Shown here: positions 28,039 to 41,787 of the stretch, one piece after another
Position numbering within the stretch: the stretch's first letter is position 1
How the letters are laid out: the number at the start of each line of letters is the position of its first letter
Assembly (NCBI RefSeq): GCF_006345805.1
Contig: NC_043015.1
Coordinates: 4,092,001-4,156,000 of the forward strand
DNA from: Octopus sinensis
Lineage: Eukaryota
Direction of reading: 5' to 3'
DNA length: 64,000 nucleotides
Translations under genes and position numbers: made by a program
The notes under the pieces: generated by a model
The model's input: only the letters and a program-made list of their open reading frames with translations
What the model was told of the DNA's origin: nothing
Databases searched by the model: none

Positions 28039-29404
28039 ATATATATATATATACAGATATCCGTTTGCATATGTGCAAGTATGTATGTGTATATGAATGT
28101 ATGAAGCTATGTATACATGTGTGTATGGGAATTTCTAATGGAATCTTGCCCTGGAGATTTGAGGTAAGTAAATATACGTTACTCTTTGGTATTCCGTCAA
28201 TTTCAATAATGATAACTTTTAATTAATATATGCATTCGTGTCGGCAAGAGATTGTTTACATACTTGGCATTTGCCGTATATATGCTTGGCTGCTTGTCTC
28301 TCCTTGTCTTTCCTTAGGCTGTAAAATCCCGACTCCATTGGGATTTTACTAGGTTCACTGTTCTACTTTTGGCATACATTAATCTTTTTGAAACGGAGTA
28401 GAATGAAACCATACCCTGAATTTGACCACATCTGATATTAAGAGAAATAGAATGTGACTGGCAAAGATAAAGATAAAATGTGCTATATGTAAACTTATAT
28501 CTGTATTTACGTCTTCTAAATATCTTGTGATGTCAACATTTTAGACTCTCTGTGAAGTAGTGAGAACGTTGCTAAAAGTTTTACTTCGAGAGCAGCGTTC
28601 AGGATAATCGACAGAGTATAAAACTTCCACCATATCTCAGTAAATACTTTTCAGCCAAACTATTTAGAAACACATATTAATTCGCATACACTCGTATACA
28701 TATACGAATGAAGAGAGCGAGAAAAAGAGAAGTAAACACGTGTGATTATTATTTTAATGTAATATGCATTGAAGAAAACTCATATACTCACAATAAGATT
28801 ATATTCACCTACCCAACAGTTACAGACCTGACAATTTGATTACATAGTACTCCACACACATAACACGATCCGTGTTTTCAGATAAACATATTGGTTAAAA
28901 GTGAAATAGTGAGAAACACTTTAAGGGTCATATTGCAAATTAATCCAGGATTTTAAACTACGAGCTAATGGTAATAAATCTATGAACATAACCAGTACAT
29001 AAATCATCCAACGTTCTCGCATACACACAATGACAAACTTGTAAGTATATTTACAAAGCTCGTTCTTATAGAGATACAGTTTTCACTTTTTTGTAATAGG
29101 AAAAATATCTCGGTGTATATCTTTTGCAATATCATACTGTAATTCCTTTTTATATAGTACGTTAAAGTTTGTACAAGTTATTTTCCGTGCATTGTTTACA
29201 TTTAAACGATCATTTACGAAATTACTGCTATATTTATGAACTCTTTATAGCGATGTTTAAAACAGCATATGAAATTGATTGTCTGTTCCACTTTGGGAAA
29301 CGCGATCTGCATGGTCAATATTTACGTTTGTCTATATTTAATAACGTAAAATATTTTATTCCTAATTTTGCTTCAGATAGGTTTTGTTATTCTAAAAATT
29401 GATT

Positions 29405-29565
29405 ACAATTACTACCACTACTACTACTATTACTACTACTGCTGCTGCTGCTGCCACCACTGCTACTGCCACCACCACCACCACTACTACAACTACTACT
29501 GCTACTACTACAACTACTACTACTACTCCTGCTATTACTACTACAACTACAATTATTATTATTTC
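29405..29565. repeat. Compound (ACT/GCT/ACC) trinucleotide microsatellite
   Basis: Visible directly. Confidence 0.95.
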
Positions 29566-30022
29566 TATTATTGCCTTTGGACAGATTCTAACGCTGAAGG
29601 TGTACTACGTGTCAGCTGTTCACTACCAGTGAAATAAGGCAACACCCCTCATTATTCGAGCACCTTCCGGAGAAATGGAGCGGTTCAAAGCAGTGCTATT
29701 CCCAAGATTTTTACTCACTCTTCTCAGGACACCGACGATTTATTGGTGCTACTACTACGTATTTCAGCGAGCGCAACTGCCTTACCTCCCAAGCTACCCC
29801 CGACATATCTAACGATATTCGCATCTTCAACAATGGTACAAATTCTTCTGGATTGGCTTTATGGAGTATTGCGTTTTCTATGCGGTTGATGGGACGACTA
29901 AAGCATTCAGGTATTGATGTGTGTGTGTATGCATACACAGACACACACACACACACACACCACACACACACACACATATGTATATGGAGAGAGAGAGAGA
30001 AAGAAAATAGATATATATATAT

Positions 30023-30070
<48 letters not shown>

Positions 30071-31197
30071 ATATATATATCTATTTTCTTTCTCTCTCTC
30101 TCTCCATATACATATGTGTGTGTGTGTGTGTGTGTGTGTGGGTTGGGTGGTAAAGATCTGAGCAATAGAAAGAGAGATCATTTGAATATATTTCTACGTG
30201 TTCATTTGTATATTTATAATTGTCTATGATGCATTATTAAGCGTCACGTAATTAGAGAAAGAATTAATGGATATGTATAAGTATACTACAGTGATATATT
30301 TTTATAGTCACTACTTTTCTAACTTAAAATATCGATAGCATATTTACCTAAATTCAAGTCACAGAAGACGGAAGCATTTTTCTTCAAAGCTTACGTCATT
30401 TCTGTAAATAACGTAAAGAGAATATGTTGCACATTTTGGCATGACCTCCTACTGCATGCGTTTATTTCGTATTACCGTCATGCATTTATAAAGATATATC
30501 AGAATATCGTTCATTGTTAAGTAAATTTCGAAAATGAAATTCAATATAATATTTAAAAAACTATCTTAGATATGTATCTGAATTTCGCTCAAATATTAAA
30601 TGAGAAGGGAAGCACGCAATATATTTCATTAAAAACAACATGTTCGCATATCGTGACGCGCTGTGTGTAATTAGTAATTCCTATGTATGATACATATTCG
30701 AGGAATAAGATAAATTAGGATGATAGTTAACGTTATTTCTATAATTACATTGATTTCTAGGCATTATTGCCGACGAGAGGTTTTAAGACTGTTAATTAAA
30801 CGGAGAACAACTGCAGCGAGATTACTATTTCTTGCTCATATAGCAATCGTAGCCTATGTACACTGTTTGTCAAATGTTTGGGTGATCGTGATTCCGTAAA
30901 CAGCAACAGCAATTTTCATTTGCACTACACTGTAGATAGATATATTGCACGTTCGGAAGCATACTTAGCATATCATAATTCTTGTATATTCTCTATTTTA
31001 AATTCTACAATTAATATCATCGTATTATTTTCTATCGTCCAAATCATACGTCTGCAAGTCTTGTAATGAATATGCTGCAACATGTTTTCAAGATTCTAAT
31101 TGCCTCCCGTACAAAATGAGAAATGGTTTGTTCAATGATACTTTTAATTATATAATGTATAATTATTATAATTATTATAACATGTAATTAATAATAA

Positions 31198-31620
31198 GCG
31201 CAGGAGCGTTTGTGTGGTAAGTAGCTTGCTTACCAACCAGATGGTACCGTGTTCATTCCCACCGTGTGGCACCTTGGGCGAGCCTCTTCTACTATATCCT
31301 CAGGCTGACCAAAGCGTTGTGAGTCGATATGGTAGACGGAAACTGAAAAACGCCCTTCGTATATATGTATACATATATGTATGTGTGTATATGTTTGTGT
31401 GTCTGTGTTTGCCCCCCCCCCACACACACACAACATCGCTGGACATCCGATGGTGCTGTTTTTTGCCCCGTAACCTAGCGGTTCGGCAAAAGTGAACGAT
31501 AGAATAAGTAGTAGGTATACAAAGAATAAGTCCTGGTGTCGAATTGCTCGACTAAAGGTGATGCTCCAGCATGGTCGCAGTCAAATGACTGAAACAAGTA
31601 AAAGTATCAAAGAAAAGAAT
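31198..31620 (+). mobile_element. Full-length SINE family A
   Basis: tRNA-like head, ggcaccttgggc domain, central microsatellite, 3' end cagtcaaatgactgaaacaagtaaaag. Confidence 0.9.
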
Positions 31621-32564
31621 AAAGTATTGAGATTTACGACTTAATTGTAGAAAACATATGTAACGATAGGAAAAATAAATTATATATCCAAAGACAGGGA
31701 ATGTGGAAGTGGAAAATGGTATACGAAATTTATATTTGTCCTTTGCTTTCACACATAATATTGTTGATTTCTTGGTTTCTTCTACAATCGAGAAATTTCT
31801 GTGCACACTACACAAATCGTATTTCGGACTGAATATTAAATGAATATTAATTTACAACAAGCGATGGATATTTTTTTTCTTATTAGAGAAAATCCTATTG
31901 AAATATATGTACATTCAATACAATCGAATTGTTCATGATGTTTCACGTTCTATTTGGTGTATACTCAATCAGTGATGCGGAAAACATTATCAACGACATT
32001 CTGATATAACAGCATCCAACAATGAAGCATTTATTCTGTTGTTTTAATTGTAACAATGCAGAAACACAGCATTAAATTGATATTACGCACTTACAACCAA
32101 AAGGCAATCTAGATGTCGTAAAAAACCTTGTATTTGCAAAATAAAATAAAATTGACTGCTGTCGTCTGAATTTATTCTCAAACAGGACAGGACAGCCAGA
32201 AACAATATGGTTTCTTGTCTATCTACACATATTCTGCAGTTATTTGCTACGTTTCTTACCATTATATATATATATATATATATATAATTTAATTTAATTA
32301 ATGTATTTGGCTAAGTTTGCCGAAACTATGCATAGTCCAGAGATGAAAGGGGTAAACGTTTTTATTTCTCTTTCTATTTCAGAATTACACCTATTTAGCT
32401 GTTTGAGTTTGGCTGCTCTTCTAGTGAGTCGAATGTCCTATATGGCCATTCCTTATATTGTTGAATGTATATTATATAGTCTTTGACTATTTTTCCTCCC
32501 TTACTAGACCGCTAGTAGCGGAGAATTTTTTGCTACCCTTATATTTATTAAAATATATATATAT

Positions 32565-32653
<89 letters not shown>

Positions 32654-32680
32654 TATATATTATATATATATATATATATT

Positions 32681-33299
32681 AGTAATTTCTGGTGGTTTGT
32701 GCTGCAATTAAAAATCCTTCAGCCTCTAATTCGTTTCCTGAGCTTCTCAGCCGTAGTAGGGATTTTGTTTTGCCTATTTATTTTGCGTTTAGATTAACTC
32801 AGCATTTGCCATGAAGGGACTTTTCTTTCATCGCTTTATCATGATTCGTTGCTGTTCTAGTTTTAGTTTGGATTTCATTTGTTTTACTGCTTTTGTTGTT
32901 TCTTCTTTGACTTCGTGGGTGTCAGGTAGTATGACTTCTTTTCTGTATTCGTCAGTTTCCTGACGTACGTAACATATTTTGTTCGTATTTTTTGGCTATT
33001 TGTATTAGTTTTCTTTACCTTCTGAGGTAGGTATTTTTGTAATAGCTTTCTAGCTGTATAATGTTTTTACCACCTTAGATACGTTGTATATATAGCATTT
33101 CTATGTCAGATTTTGGGCGTTGCATCCTCTAATCCTGTCATAATTTTTCTTGCTTTCCTGTCGATTTTAATTAGTTTAGTTAGTGTCCAGTTATGGATAT
33201 TGTAGCTGTAACTTGTAGCTGAGACAGCTAGTGTGTTGCTTCCTATTATCTTGCTTCTCCCCATTCAGCTCTCTTTACAGTATTAAACTAGCTCGTATT
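32681..33299 (-). pseudogene. R4/Dong-clade non-LTR retrotransposon fragment (post-RT region)
   Basis: Minus-strand RMQRPKSDIEMLYIQRI*GGKNIIQLESYYK and LRSSGNELEAEGFLIAAQTTRNY. Confidence 0.75.
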
Positions 33300-33309
33300 T
33301 AGTATTAAA

Positions 33310-33517
33310 GGCGGCGAGCTGATAGAAACGTTAGCACGCCTGGCGAAATGCGTAGCCTTATTTCGTCTGTCGTTACGTTCCGAGTTCAAATTCCGCCGAG
33401 GTCGACTTTGCCTTTCATCCTTTCGGGGTCGATAAATTAAGTACCAGTTACGCACTGTGGTCGATGTAATCGACTTAATCCGTTTGTCTGTCCTTGTTTG
33501 TCTCCTCTGTGTTTAGC
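33310..33517 (+). mobile_element. SINE family B (3' clipped)
   Basis: High identity to 61852-62089. Confidence 0.9.
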
Positions 33518-34152
33518 ACATATTTTTCAAATAGGTTTCACTACCTTTTTTTATCATTCCTAAGAGATCCTACAATCACTGGTACTGTAGTCGCCTTGAG
33601 ATGTCACATTTTTTCAATTTCTATTAGCAGGTTTTTATATTTACTAATCTTGTCAAATTCTTTCGCCGCTATATTGTGATCACAGGGAATACTCATGTCG
33701 ATTAATAAACACGTCCTTTTTGTCTGATCTTTTATAATAATATCCGGTTTATTAGCTTTTATAGCCCTGTCGGTCTGCACGGGGAAGTCCCATAGAATCG
33801 ACACATTTTCTCCCTCGGTCACAGCTTCAGGATGATGTTTATGCCATTTGTCAGCGGTTTTGATTTTATAATGGTGACATATTGTCCAATGTAAATACTG
33901 ACCGACTCTGTCATGTCTTGCTAAGTCTCTACTCCCTGAGATTAGGTGGTCTACTGTTTCAATCTCATCGTTACAGAATCGGCATTTTGGGTCAGCTCCA
34001 TTTTTTATCACATTGGCTTGGTAGTTCCGGGTTAATAAGTTTTGGTCTTGAGCAGCTAATATGAAACCTTCACTCTCTGCTTTTAGACCTGAGCTTCGTA
34101 ACCATTGGTGCGTGTGTTTCTGGTCGACATCAGCTTGTTTGCTACGGGCCAC
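33518..34152 (-). pseudogene. R4/Dong-clade C-terminal fragment: zinc finger plus restriction-like endonuclease
   Basis: WLRSSGLKAESEGFILAAQDQ, CRFC..ETVDHL, RHDRV, KPDIIIKD..LIDMSIPCD.NI..KEFDKISKY; stop at 33604, then HLKATTVPVIVG. Confidence 0.88.
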
Positions 34153-34154
34153 AA

Positions 34155-34186
34155 ATTATATTATTATTATATTATTATTATTATTA

Positions 34187-34240
<54 letters not shown>

Positions 34241-34285
34241 GTATTATTATTATTATTATTAATATTATTATTATTATTATTATTG
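34155..34285. repeat. (ATT/TAA)n microsatellite
   Basis: Visible directly. Confidence 0.95.
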
Positions 34286-35509
34286 GGTAATGTTTGAAAA
34301 GCACGAATCCTTATTATCACCCGAAACACATTTGTATATTTAACTCAATAATATAGAAATTCTATTCACAAAATTCTGATTAGTCCGCAAACTAGTAAAC
34401 CTGGTAATAAAATTCCTGATTCCAGTTACTAATGCTCTAACAATAGAATACAAAAGAAATTGAAATTTCAGATTTAGTACAATATTAATATATCAGTTTC
34501 TACTATAAAAAGAAGAAAACTGAGCTACGTTAAATATAATCCACATTTTCTTTTATTTATTTTATGCACTAAACTATGTTAAATATTTTTGGTAAATAGA
34601 TTCTGTTACTTATGTTCAAGTTACTTTTGAAAATTATATTTTATTATTGTATGCAAATTTCATCCTAATGTGTTAAATATAACACTATCTTTAAGCGAGC
34701 TATCAAATTTATCAAGTATGAAAATATCAGCATTGTTTGAATTATTATACTGACTTCGAATTTCACTTCAGCATAATTTTAATTATTCTGATAGCTTTCA
34801 GTATGCAATTTCTTTATGTTTCTTTAATTCGAAGATTATAAATTATTCAACATCTGAAAACCTTAAATAATATGAAGTATTTTTTTTTATTTCTTTCGTT
34901 TGGTAATTTAAATTATGCTTTCCTCTTTTGTAATCTTTGTTGTTGTCAATGTACTGCTGTGGAAGCATTGTAATTAATAGTTAATTAAATGCAAAACATA
35001 CTAACAAGGAACGGACACAATACTAGAAACTGAATATGTGCAGAAGAAAAATGAACAATCAGATAACAGAAAACACAATCAATTACTAAAATCTTCAATG
35101 CTAGAAACAGCCAAATCTTAATTTTCTCTGCAGATTTTAAATGTTCAATGGAGTATTTAAAATGAATGGAATAAAATACAGAACGGGAAGTAAACCAAAT
35201 TAATAAAATTTCACTCTAAAGACCGGAATATAAGATTAACCATTTATTACAAATTTTCCTTTACAGACACTTTCCCCCCTTTTTTTCTCTTGTTTTGGTT
35301 AAGATGTAATTATTGCTTCTGCAATTTTATAAATTTCTAGTGAAAATTTATGGGAATTATATATAGCATAATTTTGCAAACACTAAATTTGAAGTCCTTC
35401 ATATAAAATCATAAGTGATGTATCATTTATATATAGTAAATACTCAATATTATTATTAAAGCATTTGTTACAGTCCCCTTAGCACATACTCATACACATA
35501 TAAAGATAT

Positions 35510-37480
35510 ATGTATAAACATTCCAACAATCACCCGCAAAAAAGACCAATAGATAATTTATTTTGAATATCTTCCCTTCTGAATTTTAACATAAGCTTGT
35601 AATTCTCTGAAGTTTATGGAGATTAGGGATATCTGTTTAATCTTCCCCACAGTATAACCCCTTTCCTCATAGCCACTATAGCGAAATCACCCGGCCAACC
35701 CGGGTTAAAAGGAAGTGGAGCAATCTTCACAATAGATTCATTTGGTAGCCGGAACCATCCTACACGTGACAGGTGTTGGACATGAACCCAAAAATTATCA
35801 ATGCTGGGTTACTGCCCGAGCCCGTGTAGGATGGGGTCGACGTAATGCGAGCATTTCGGACATACACCACTGACGCTACTTCCGTATCCCTAGAGTTTTT
35901 CTCGAAGTACCAATGCTATTCGGTAGTATTGCTTAACAAGATATTTTGGAAGTTAACCATGTTTCTTTGATGCTCTGGCTTTCCCTAAACACGTTGTCGC
36001 TTTTATCCCCCAGAATGCATCAATAGAACATAAGCGTAAAGTTTTAATCTATTACGGTACCTGACTAGCTAAGGGATTTGAATATTTGAAGAAGTTCCAC
36101 TTTTGAAGTGCTCCATTTCAGTTTCACTTTCACCCAGGACAGCAGATCCGCCAAGTGGAAGGGCTAAGGGAAACACATGCCTGCCGAATTTTGACTACAC
36201 CTGTCAACCCTCAAGCGAGCGAGTCTGGAACTATTGTAACCTCATCGCACGTTCGCGCATCATCAGCCATTGCCTTTCAAGCAGCTGGGAGACCAATGAT
36301 GGATTGCCTGTTAATGGGAACACTTTCCTTATACAAGAAGCGAAGGGGCATACGATCTATTCTAGCCATATTCGGATCGCAACAATACAATGCAGTTGGG
36401 CAGTAGTAAGTGATGTAGGTGTTATATGTATTTGCCATCCGTGATCAATATTTCGGTGAACCAGACCCCGTGCAATTTAACTTGTCCCTCCGTCCATCTC
36501 TTGGCAACGCTGCTGAATGTCATAGCTATGCTGCTCTAGGTAGCAAACTGTAAATCCTCTGATATTCCATGATGCTTTTACCCCTGATAAAGAGACGATG
36601 AGCGATGGCTAGAAGTATATTGAGTTCTTCATAATCAGCTGATCTAGCAAGCGGGGCCGGTGCGCATTGATGCCGTCGAGAGGTAGGCCTCGAAACGGTG
36701 CGCATTGTCTCCTGATGACCCCATACACTTGCTAGCATCCGATATACGGAGCTTTTAACTGGTAGCACTTGCATGTGCAAGTTGTTTGCAAGACATATGC
36801 ACTGCCTGAAAATAGTACCGATTATTTAAATGTTTCGATACAAGCACGGTAACGTCGTCGGCATATACCTCTGAGGTTCTCCTGAGCTTCTGCAGTAGTG
36901 GTTTGTGCGACAGTACATAACACAAGAGGAGACAAACAGGGGGAATGATGTTGAACGTTTACGAGATCTGACAACTCACTCTAACCAGTGAATAAATATC
37001 GCATCGATGCATCACATGAATACGGTGTTTTGGGAACATCATCAAGTACCAATGGTCGAAATATTGAAAGTTGATCTAATTCAATGAGATTATTTAGCCG
37101 TCTTCTCCATGACGTATCACATAAATTGAAAATGTTCGTGGATAGATATTTTCGGGATGTCGCATATTTGTGAATACCCTGCCAGACTAGAACCGCCATA
37201 GCTTACATATTGGCCAACATGTTGAACTCTGCATTTAGTATAGTTATCAGTCTAAAATTGTCAATATACCCCCCCCCTTCTTCTGAATATTTGTCAGTAG
37301 CGCCACTGCTCCAGAGCTCACAAAGTTTAATAGTCTACCATTTTGTTGTCGATATACGTTTGAAAGCGGTTCCCGAACACGTCTGACATGTAAGCATAAA
37401 GCTCATAGGGAGGAACCTGCAAACATGGTGATTTAAGTTTCATGCTGTTACGCATCACTGACTGCATTTCAATAGCTGTT
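35510..37480 (-). pseudogene. Decayed Tx1/L1-clade ORF2 (RT plus C-terminal zinc motif)
   Basis: Minus strand, in order: PYELY, NFRLITILNAEF, YADDVTVLVS (36865-36854), RWTEGQVKLHGVWF, WLMMRE, CPKC...ILHGL (35862-35851); many stops and frameshifts. Confidence 0.85.
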
Positions 37481-37729
37481 ATCATCCCTCCTGTTTGTAC
37501 TATTTGTAGTGGTGCACTATGAACTTGCTGAATTATTTGAATTGCAGTCTTTATTGTTTTCCTCGCCTCGCCTTTTGTGGATGGAGTTTGTTTGTTTGGT
37601 ATAATTTGCTGAATTGTTGCTATTCGTTTTCATTTTTCTTTTCGTTTGTGGTATCCCCTCCTCGTCCCGAAGAGACTCGCCGCATGACTTCTCTGAGCAT
37701 TTGGAATCGGAAAATGGACATTAACTCAA

Positions 37730-37950
37730 GCCCTCCATCAAATCGACAATGCCTGTCCTGGTATGTCATGTATAAAAAGAATGGTACATGGCCTAGGGGC
37801 CCGCTACATCATGGGTGCGATTCACGGATCGAACAATGCTTTCTGTTCTCGAACAAAACACTTCATTTCAGGTCTATCCGTGATCATTTCAACATCTGGC
37901 TCTTGGCACACTTGTGCACTAGTACAGGCAAGGTCGATTTGATGGAGGGC
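37730..37950. repeat. 33-bp inverted repeat (29/33 matches) with ~155-bp spacer, MITE-like or hairpin
   Basis: gccctccatcaaatcgac... at 37730-37762 versus 37918-37950. Confidence 0.75.
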
Positions 37951-38039
37951 ACATACATTTCAACATTATAAAGTCATTTGTGCAAGTCGTTTAAGCAAAC
38001 TCATCACTCATACGTCGCCTTTGACAAGAGCATCCATCT

Positions 38040-38076
<37 letters not shown>

Positions 38077-38866
38077 CAGTAGTAGTAGTTGCCGCAGCAG
38101 CAGCATTGCCACTAGCTGAAGTAGCAGCTACAACTGAGTCTTTCAATGAAATATGTGCCAGTTGAGCTTAAAGTTCGATGTGATCGTCTTTCACCCTCCA
38201 TGCAAAGTCAGTGCGCAGAAAGTAAGGTAAAAAGGATTGTTATGGTTGCTGTTTTTTTTTTTGTTGTTCTGTCATTTAATATAAATTCATAAATTCAAGT
38301 GCATGTTTATATGTTAGGGAATGGAATAATGGAATAATCAAATGAGATACTTGAGAGCACCTCTGAAATTTTTGGACACAGTATGTTTGGAATCAAAGTC
38401 TAAACTTAGATAGATATGGACTCAGGAATTACCGAAAAAAAATGAAAACATGTAGAAATACCAGTAGAAGAAGAACGATAACAATAACCAGAGCTGGATC
38501 AATATTATCATGAACAACAATAACATCATCAAAACGATTAAGAAGTATAGATATAAATGGGAAAAGAAGGGGAATAAATAAGAAGAATGACATAATGGTA
38601 AGGTGGAGGAAGATGTCTATGAGGACTCCGACAATGACAATGATAACTATGATGCGTCTGACGAATACGGCTATGATGATGATGACGACGATTGAGAGTA
38701 TAGAATAAAGAGAAGAAGGAAAAGGTGATGAAGAAAAATGTGACGTCGATGGAGAGTGAAAAGGAAATAAAAATATCAGAAAAACATAGAGAGGAAATAA
38801 GAAAATGCAGACAATGATGAATGATGAGCAGGAAGATATGAATGGGAAATATATGTATATATATAT

Positions 38867-38916
<50 letters not shown>

Positions 38917-38941
38917 ATGTATGTATAAATATGTATATATG

Positions 38942-38999
<58 letters not shown>

Positions 39000-39088
39000 A
39001 TATGTATGTATAAATGTGTATATATGTATAATATAATATATATATATATATATATATATGGATATATGTATATATATATATATATATA

Positions 39089-39142
<54 letters not shown>

Positions 39143-41730
39143 GTTAGTATGTGTGTGTGCGTGTGTTAGTATGTGTGTGTGCGTGTGTTAGTATGTGTGT
39201 GATAAAGAAAATAAAGAAATTCTAAGAGTGAAAAAAGTGAGATAATTGAAAAAGGAATGATACGTGTACTTAAACATAAAACATCAATCATAGAAACAAC
39301 ATATTTAGTTTATATAGCTTAATACAGTTCCATTTCCCAACACCTAAATTTTACAACCTATTTTAGTGTTAACTCAAAGTTGTATTCATATAAAATCAAA
39401 AAAACTATATATATAATGTAGCATATATTTTAACAGACAATTCATTTTTTTTTCTCCTAAGAGATTTGCCGATTTCATTTTCAAATAAAGTAAAATTGAA
39501 TTCAACTGCTACATTAGAGATTTCAGAACGAAGCAATCAGAATTATAACATCTGACACTTTCTAGATTGAAACATAAAAAGGAATAAAGAGTTAACAACA
39601 TTGCTTTTAGTTGGATAATGAAAATCTCATGTCAAGAATGTTATATGCCATATGTCATCGTATGAAATGTGGTTAAACTGAATTGCAAATTAGAAAAGTT
39701 TTGTCTCGTCGTTATTGTAAGAGAGTGGTACACGGTGGGAGGCAAATCAATTAAGAAAAACAGGAATCGAAAATATATTGCATATTCGACACTATTACAG
39801 CCTACCATCTGCGTGTAGTCTGTATACGTTGCAAACGAATGAGTATAGTGTGGGTGTTACTATATAAATAATGTGGCTGAATATAATTAATGTAAATACT
39901 TGTATAGTACGACAAAAGGACTGCTAATTAAATTATGAGAGTATAGAAACTGTGCTGGTGCTTGGAACGATCATATATTAACCGAATTGGATTATATTCT
40001 TATCATTTTGAAGACGAATATCAGCAGATGACCATTTATTTCATAGCTTTTTGGAGGACGGTTTTTAGGTTACTTCGGTCTTTTATAACCTGCATATACG
40101 CAGCAATATGTATGTATATAGGCGTCTGTGAAATACATATCAGCTACCATAATAAAATGAACTGTTGGACATAATCGGTGAGAGTGATCAAAATATGATT
40201 TAGACATCTAATAATGGATTACATTGGGAATTCGATTTTATATTGAAGTTGCTCCAATGTGAATAAATGTAACGACTGAAATAGTATAAAACGATAATGC
40301 AAGCAATGTTGGCTGAATAAAATCACCTATAGAAAATGGCCTACACTATGCAATATATCAGATTGGTAATAAAAACCTGTTATCTAGACACACGAGAGAT
40401 TAAATTATGAAAAAGATAACGAGAAAATATCTGTTATAACTCTGTACATAAATGATATAAGCAAATGCTCTCCGTTTTTTATAAAACCTAGTCGCGGCCA
40501 CTTAATAAAATTGTGCTGATATTGAATGAGAAAAATCAAATAATGAAGTTCAATAAATAAATATTTTGGTATTGTTTATAGGTTTTACTTGGCTTCTTGC
40601 AATTACGTATACTGCCGTGACATCAGATATGAATAAATAATTGATGTACTCTAACATTCCTCCTGAATTATAAATAGCTGCTTAGGTTTACTATTGCTCA
40701 GAAATTATGTCGAAGTGTCCAGTTTTATATCATGAAACATCATTCAAATATCCGTGTGCCTTTCTTTATACATTATGGTAATGATTGTAAAAATCAGTCA
40801 CGCATATATCATAGCAAAATAATTAAATGAAACTTTGAATATGTACAAATATAAATAGTGTCGTGTAAATTACCACTGCTCTCTTAACAAGTTTGTGTGA
40901 TATTTCTCTCACAGATAATTATTCCCTGTTCATAAATCAGGTTTATTTTCTAATTAGTACATGATAAAATCTTCCCAAAATTTAATCATTTCCACTGTAA
41001 ATATAAAGAGAAAAACGAACAGAAATATCTACCTATTTATATAGCATTTACTAAATCAAAATTGTTTGTCCACAGTGTGATACATTGGGATGATGAAGGA
41101 TACATTGTCACTTACAATAAGGCTGACATTAAATCTCCAGTGACACTAAGAGGAAAACGTGACGTCAACAATTAATGTCTTAGTAACATCTAATGCCAGT
41201 GCCTCGATGCGTCTGTGTAATTTTCTGGATATAGCAGCAAAAATGTCCCTTAAATCTGATATCCGACTTCCTAAACAGGATCACAAATATAAATATAATG
41301 GTTTCCCCGCCTCAGAGCCTCGGCAGAAGGAGCTTATCATAACTCTCGTGTGTTGGAACTAACATTATTTAAAATATGGCAACTGTTTATAGATCCACTA
41401 ATTAATAGCATTTCGAGTAGAAGCCTCTTGTTGAATTTGCTGATGAAACATATCAAAATTATTTGTGCTTCACTGATTAGTAACACACTTGTAGCATTAG
41501 TGGGTGAAGTGGTTTCGCTATCAGAATCAACAGTAACAGCTTAAGCAGTAGTTATAAATAATAGTAGTAATGAAAATTGTAGAGACCGCCGATAAGTTGG
41601 GAGAGGTTCTGCTGGACATTCTGACTTGCAATAACGGCGGTAGTGGTCTCAGCAGCAGTGCTTGCAGTAGAAGCAAAAGCAATGGAAGCTTCTGTGTTAT
41701 TAGGAGCACTGGTACTTGTATTTCTCTCTG

Positions 41731-41787
<57 letters not shown>

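Noticed and set aside
29833-29889. MVQILLDWLYGVLRFLCG*, reminiscent of a Sar1 N-terminus
   Set aside because: It stops after 18 codons and no GTPase motif follows
30762-31066. ~100-codon open frame after a possible acceptor
   Set aside because: No recognisable domain and no supporting neighbouring exons
38429-38872. 147-aa hydrophobic minus-strand ORF
   Set aside because: Antisense of purine-rich low-complexity (GAA/GAT) sequence
40954-41175. Open frame ending ...SPVTLRGKRDVNN*, resembling a neuropeptide cleavage site
   Set aside because: A single GKR with no signal peptide or repeated peptides is expected by chance
41350-41730. Ser/Thr/Ala-rich mucin-like minus-strand frames
   Set aside because: Interrupted by stops and frameshifts; consistent with a decayed trinucleotide repeat
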